Positions 58,816 to 64,000 of a stretch of 64,000 nucleotides of DNA are shown one piece after another. The stretch comes from Setoptus koraiensis. Its lineage: Eukaryota; Animalia; Arthropoda. Each line of letters opens with the position of its first letter. Positions within the stretch are counted from its first letter, which is position 1. The notes beneath the pieces were generated by a model. The model ran no database searches and had not been told where the DNA came from. It was given only the letters and a program-made list of their open reading frames with translations. The position numbers and the translations under genes were made by a program. The stretch is from assembly GCA_048013815.1 (NCBI GenBank), contig CM106586.1:17980001-18044000 (forward strand), in the 5' to 3' direction.

Positions 58816-59793
58816 TGTGCAGCTCAGAGCGCCACAGTGCGTAGTGAGTCACTGCTAGCGAGCATCAATTCGACAACAACAAACAGCAGCAAAGTATCAA
58901 GTTGTTGCATAATCATAATGTTATGTAAGCATGCACCTGACTCGGCGTGTGCGTTTTTTGCGCTGTTTGCACTAGCATGTTGACTGTGGCGCTGTCACTG
59001 TTGCGGCTGCGGCGACTGTGGCGACTGGGCGACTGTTTGTTGCGCAACAACACAACTTATATAATGTACAAATGTTAATTGAATTTCAAACAGAGTGCGC
59101 TGCAAAATAGTAACAATAATAATAATAATTAATGTGCTTCCTCGTCCTTGCGCCATTGTGTGTTTATTCGCGCCGGGTAAGCTTGCGTAATAGTTAATAA
59201 CTGGCCATATCTGGCGTCTGTGCTTTAGCCGTGCTCGTTGCGCCAGCTCCCAACGCAGTTGGCTCACCTGGCCGCCAGAGCGCTGGCCAGCTGTGTTTGT
59301 TTGTGTTGGCTGGCACACACACAAACAAACACACAGTTGCTAATCCGAGCTGCGCCAAGCCATTTCGGGCCGGCCAAAGCCAACGGCGAGACGGCCAAGG
59401 AGACGCCAAGGAGACACCAAAAGAGACGGCTAAAGAGGGCGCAAACAACTACTGTGCGGGCATCATTTAATTATTTCAACAATTACCCGCAACAACTGGC
59501 CAGCAGCTCCAATGGTCAGCAGCTCCAATGGCCAGCTCGCCACCAACTCGCCAGGTAGCCGACAGGTCGACGGGCAACAGGCGAACGGCAATGCAAACAC
59601 GGCCAGCGGTTACAGCGCCAGTTACGTCACCGGCAGGCCAAACAAACCGTCGGCCGGCCGCTCATTTGCATGCGCACAGTCGCTGTTGGCCAGAGTTGTG
59701 GCCAGTGCACGGCATGCGGTTGTTGCGCAAAGTGTCCAGTTGGCACCGGGTCGGCGCAAGGTTGGCGCAGGTCGGCACAAGGTTGGCGGCCGA

Positions 59794-59833
59794 TTGCGGC
59801 CAGTTGCGGCCAGTTGCGGCCAGTTGCGGCCAC
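59794..59833. repeat. 10-nt tandem repeat x4 (TTGCGGCCAG)
   Basis: Direct inspection. Confidence 0.9.
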
Positions 59834-60302
59834 TAGCTCAGCGACAGTGGCGAGCCGCTGGCAACAGGTGCCCGAGACGCGCTCCAATGCCGGCCCGGCA
59901 ACGGACACGGCAAATTGAACGGCGGCTGCCGGGTCGCTCGGTCGCCCGCCAGCTCACAGAGCGGCCAGAGGCCGGGCGGCAACGGCGAGCGATCGGCCAG
60001 AAATAGCCCGACGCTGGCACGGTCGACGGGCGCAAGAGTTCACCGGTTCACCTGGCCGCGCTGACCGCCGCATGCGACCGGGCGAGCGCCGTCGTGCGCT
60101 TGTTGCAAGTCGCGAGCTGCCGGTTGCCGTTTGCCGTTTGCGAGCGCCAGCGGTTGTGGCGCCGGCCAAACGACCGAGCGGCCGAACGCCGAGCGTTTAC
60201 AAAGTGCCGGCCGAAGCGACACGCGGGCCCACACAATTGACAGCGTCACGTCCCGATAACCGATAATATATGGCGCTCGGCGCAGCGGGACGCGCGGGCA
60301 AA

Positions 60303-60380
60303 CGCACTGTCGGGCGAGCGCACTGTCGGGCGAGCGCACTGTCGGGCGAGCGCACTGTCGGGCGAGCGCACTGTCGGGCA
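60303..60380. repeat. 16-nt tandem repeat x5 (CGCACTGTCGGGCGAG)
   Basis: Four exact copies and one partial copy. Confidence 0.95.
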
Positions 60381-60673
60381 AACGACTGTCGGGCATACGC
60401 ATTATCGGGCAACATTATGCACACACACAATTGCGTACAGTGTGCGCTGTGTGCGCTGGCGTCTGTAATCTAGGCTGTCGGCGCGGCCCGGGACCTGCGC
60501 TTAACCACAGGTAGCCGCGTCCGTGTGCGTCGCGCCGAATGTGTCGGGCCGGCCCGCCGAACACACACGATACTGCGCTTACCTGTTTGCGCGGCCGCCT
60601 GCCCGGCCGGCCGCCAGTCGCCGCGTGAGTGCGCGCCACTGGCGGCCCGCCAGCGCATGTTTGCACACTGTTG

Positions 60674-60736
60674 ACATTCGGCGCACATTATGCAACATTC
60701 GGCGCACATTATGCAACATTCGGCGCACATCATGTA
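60674..60736. repeat. 21-nt tandem repeat x3 (ACATTCGGCGCACATTATGCA)
   Basis: Direct inspection. Confidence 0.92.
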
Positions 60737-60830
60737 ACATGCAGGCTGGCTGGCTGGCACGCAACGCTCACATGTATCTACTGCAGATACATGCGAGTAG
60801 ACTCATGCGAGCACGACAGTCAGCCGGCGC

Positions 60831-60898
60831 TCACTCGAATCGGTCACTCGAATCGGTCACTCGCATCGGTCACTCGCATCGGTCACTCGCATCGGTCA
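60831..60898. repeat. 13-nt tandem repeat x5 (TCACTCG[A/C]ATCGG)
   Basis: Two A-variant copies followed by three C-variant copies. Confidence 0.95.
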
Positions 60899-62877
60899 GT
60901 GGACGCCTAGGCGCGTCCTGTGCGACCGGAAGTGGCTCGCTTCTTGCGGCCACGGCATATCGGGCGCCCGTTCGGCCATTTGTGTGCGCTGGTCAGCGCT
61001 GGCGGGTAATTGCGAGCGAAACAGCAAGCGCGCAACGGTGCGCGTGCCAGCCGCCGGCCACGTGTTTGTTGTGTAATTTTGTTGTGCCTAGGCACAACAA
61101 AACGTTACCGGCGCTCGCTGTTGCCCGCGTGCACACGTGCATCGGTTTGCGCACACGAGCAGCGCTGACTAGACAGAGACACCAACTCACAGCGTGGCCC
61201 CCACTGTTACGCAAGCGTCGGCGGCCCCATTGGCGTCGGCGGCGGATCCAATATTGCGCAACAATGGCTCGCCAAAGCGACCTCTAATTGCTTTTCGCTG
61301 TTTGCGCCAGGCCGCTGACAGTTGGCGCCGGCGACTTGCCAGCGCCAATATTACCTGGGCACACTGTACCCGCTGTATGTGCGGGTACAGTGTACGGCGG
61401 GTATGCGACCCATACCGGGCCGTGTAATGCACATATGGGGTAACTAAACACCAGCGCAACTAAACAAGGCGAGCACGCACCAGCCACGACTGGCAGTTCT
61501 GTGCGCACGTGCTGCACGCTCAATCGCAGCACGCGCGTAGGTGCGCGCAATGCGAATCGGTGACGCGAAAAGAGCAAGCGCCAATGTGAGCAACTGCGGG
61601 ACCCGGCGCAAGCCGCTTTTGTTCCAATCTGGCCCGACACAACACACACTGAGTAATAATACACACTGAGTAACGCACGCGTTCCGGGCGCCGGCCCGTT
61701 TTGTCGTTGGTGTGTCGCGTCATTGTTCACACACACACACGCAATTTTACAAAAGTGATTTCACTCTGGCCCGTCGTTCCGGCAAACCGAGGGCCCCAGT
61801 TCGACAGTGCGCGACATTGGAACAAAGCGCCGGCGCGTGCACAGAGGCGGCCCGAAGCCGCGAGCGCGCCCGACAACGGCGAACAACTGCGACGCTCGGG
61901 ACGGCGCCTCATAGTTGGCCGGCAAACGCTGGCCCAGTTAGCGGGGCACTGAGGCGTCCACTGGCGTCCACTGGCGGCCAGCGCGCTGGCCGCTCGCCGG
62001 CGCAGCACGTGCGCCCGCGCTCATTACTGTGCCGCCGTGGGGGCCCGGCACACGGACCAGCCCAACCAACACAACTAACACAAGCCAGCATAACCGGCGC
62101 AATATTGGTCGCCCTTGCTTGTAATGCGCTCTCGGTCAATGTGACGGGCGGCGCAGACATGCCATCCGTCCGCAATTCTGCACATCATTTGCATCGCATG
62201 TTAATGAATGAGCGCGAGCGCGTATTGCGCGCACCCTCGGGGGGCCACGGGCTAAGCTACCGCAAGCGGATTTGGCGGTTTAGGCGGCCAGTCGAGTGTC
62301 ATGTTTGCGTTTTGTCGCGGGCGCCGCGTCCAGCGGCCCGTTCGTCCGACAGTCCGAGCGCCGGCGCTCGGACTGGCACTCGGCGAGCATCTGGCCAGTC
62401 GGCCCGGCGGGCCGTTGGGTAGCGGCAGCGCGCGATGAGCGCGGGCAGTCGCCAAGTGCGATGAGTGCCGTGAGTGCGGGTATTCGCTGAGTCGGCATCG
62501 GGAGGGACGCGAATGGGCGCTCGCGGCCGACGGGCGATCGTTATCGACACACCCTGCCGTGTCGGCCGGCGCGTCGCCGTGAGTGGCGCGCACGGCGCAC
62601 ACGACGAGACAAATATGGCAGCTCGATTGGCCGTCGGCCAGCCAGACGGCCGGCCGGCTGGCCGCAGTGGCCGCGGAACGAGCTCAGGCGAGAGAAACAA
62701 AAAGAACATAAACACAGGCGTTCGGTGGTGTGCGGTTGTTGTGCGAATTCCACAGTTGCCCGGTTGCAGCGAACACTGCAGCGAACACAACACTGCGCCC
62801 GTGTCGAAGGATGCGTGGGAATAGCGCCCGTGGAAGCCGGTGGCGGCCAGCAGAGCCAGTGGAGGCCAGAGAACGCC

Positions 62878-62980
62878 GAGAAGCCAGAGAAGCGAGAGAA
62901 CGCAAAGAAGCCAGAGAAGCGAGAGAACGCAGCGAACGCAAAGAACGCAGCGAACGCAAAGAACGCAGAGAAGCCAGAGA
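62878..62980. repeat. Compound purine-rich repeat (GAAGCCAGAGAAGCGAGAGAACGC / GAACGCAAAGAACGCAGC)
   Basis: Direct inspection. Confidence 0.85.
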
Positions 62981-63759
62981 GCCGGACAGTGTTTGCTCGG
63001 TGTTATACTATCCTCGCCCGTTGCTATGATACTTTGTGCGTGCGTGTGTGTGTGAGCGCTGGCCATTCAGTCAGTTGGCAATTAAAGCATTTAAATTTTT
63101 GGCTTGCACAAAGTGGCATAAATTGACCATTAGTCGTTGTATTTACACTGGCACACACACTTGGCGCTGCGACGCGCACACACACGCCAACACACACACA
63201 CACACGCACACTTTGCAATGCAAAGTTTGCATGGCCAGTAGCCAGCAAACAAAGCGCTGGCATGTTTGCCGTGCTCGCTCGGGCTGCGGACGGCGCTCGG
63301 GCTGCGGACGGCGCTCGGAACGGGCGCTCGAGCTGCCGAGTGGGACGGCCGCTCCACTGAATGCTGCCGGGATGGCCGCTGGACCGGCCCGACGGATCGA
63401 GGGCCGATGAGTCGCACTCGAATCGGCGGTCCGGCGCGAGCTTGCGGAATGCGCAACATGCGTGAGCCGCAAGCTGCGATTGTTGTTCCGATTGCGCTGC
63501 GATGTCGCGCAACGTTGTCCAACGTCGCAACGGCCGAATGCGGGCCGTTCGCGCCGCGCCAAGAATGCCCGAGTCTCGTCTGTGCGCTCGACGTGGCTCG
63601 CCGTGGCCCGGCGGCCGAGATTGGGACGGCGCGGACGAGGCCGGTGACGCGGACGACGCCGGCGACGCGCATGACGCTGATGGGCTGATATGCAGCGGCG
63701 ATAATGACCGTGGTATGTTTCCGCCGTTTCGCGAATGTCGCTCGGCCGTCGGCCGGCCG

Positions 63760-63852
63760 TTCGGCGATATTCGGCGCGTTCGGCGATGTTCGGCGCGTTG
63801 GGCGATGTTCGGCGCGTTCGGCGATGTTCGGCGATATTCGGCGATATTCGGC
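63760..63852. repeat. TTCGGCG-based 9/10-nt repeat with alternating, higher-order units
   Basis: TTCGGCGAT[A/G] alternates with TTCGGCGCG, about 9-10 units in total. Confidence 0.9.
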
Positions 63853-64000
63853 TCGTTCGAAGCGTTCGGCAGCGCTCGCCGATATTTAGATACTGCGACA
63901 GTGTTTGCTTTGCGTGCGTGTGTGTGTGTTTGCGGAGAAGTAGCGACAATCGGTTGTGGTTGTCTCTTGACTGCAAACACTGACAAACGGCCACAAACAG

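Noticed and set aside
60583-60667. Candidate upstream hth linker exon ending in CAG|GTAAGC (phase compatible)
   Set aside because: The translation CANMRWRAASGAHSRGDWRPAGQAAAQTG lacks the hth/Meis linker motifs (such as TPGP), and the acceptor has no pyrimidine tract.
52361-63852. Tandem arrays as CRISPR-like loci
   Set aside because: The units are contiguous with no unique spacers, there are no cas genes, and the context is a eukaryotic intron.
51300-64000. Many long ORFs on both strands (for example 54370-55851 493 aa, 51800-52711, 52185-53069, 63024-63986)
   Set aside because: They overlap in all six frames, are R/A/G/P/S-rich as expected for stop-poor GC-rich DNA, run through repeats whose units are not multiples of 3, and show no recognisable domain.
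51000-64000. GC-rich block as bacterial contamination or a horizontally transferred insert
   Set aside because: It has no gene-like coding structure, contains (CA)n microsatellites like the rest of the window, and the same texture appears at 30-37 kb between bona fide hth exons. Misassembly cannot be fully excluded without reads.

Overview
Eukaryotic DNA from a compact, intron-poor arthropod genome. A mite, possibly eriophyoid-like, is an inference from gene architecture and Q/N-rich protein tails, not a proven assignment. Bases 1-24.3 kb are AT-rich and gene-dense: p23/PTGES3 (5'-truncated), GRASP55/65, the mitochondrial 2-oxoglutarate/malate carrier SLC25A11, ESS2/DGCR14, the clock bHLH-Orange gene clockwork orange, Cullin-3, RPS25 and an intronless 1650-aa low-complexity, probably secreted orphan. 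Each of these genes has 0-1 short intron (84-245 nt). From 29.5 kb to the end, the window is the 3' half of homothorax/Meis on the minus strand: three exons, including a homeobox split by a 19,515-nt intron, plus at least 13.6 kb of a further upstream intron. The HM/MEINOX exons were not found and probably lie beyond the window. The most interesting signals are in the hth introns. First, Exd/Pbx-Hth/Meis composite motifs TGA[G/C/T]TGACA[G/A] are clearly over-represented, including a 57-bp cluster with four TGACAG sites and an overlapping Exd-Hox site, which suggests a distributed autoregulatory enhancer system. Second, a 13-kb GC/CpG-rich non-coding domain is packed with many unrelated 8-21-nt tandem 'stutters'. 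No tRNA, rRNA, CRISPR array or recognisable transposon could be supported. All work was done by eye, with no database searches.
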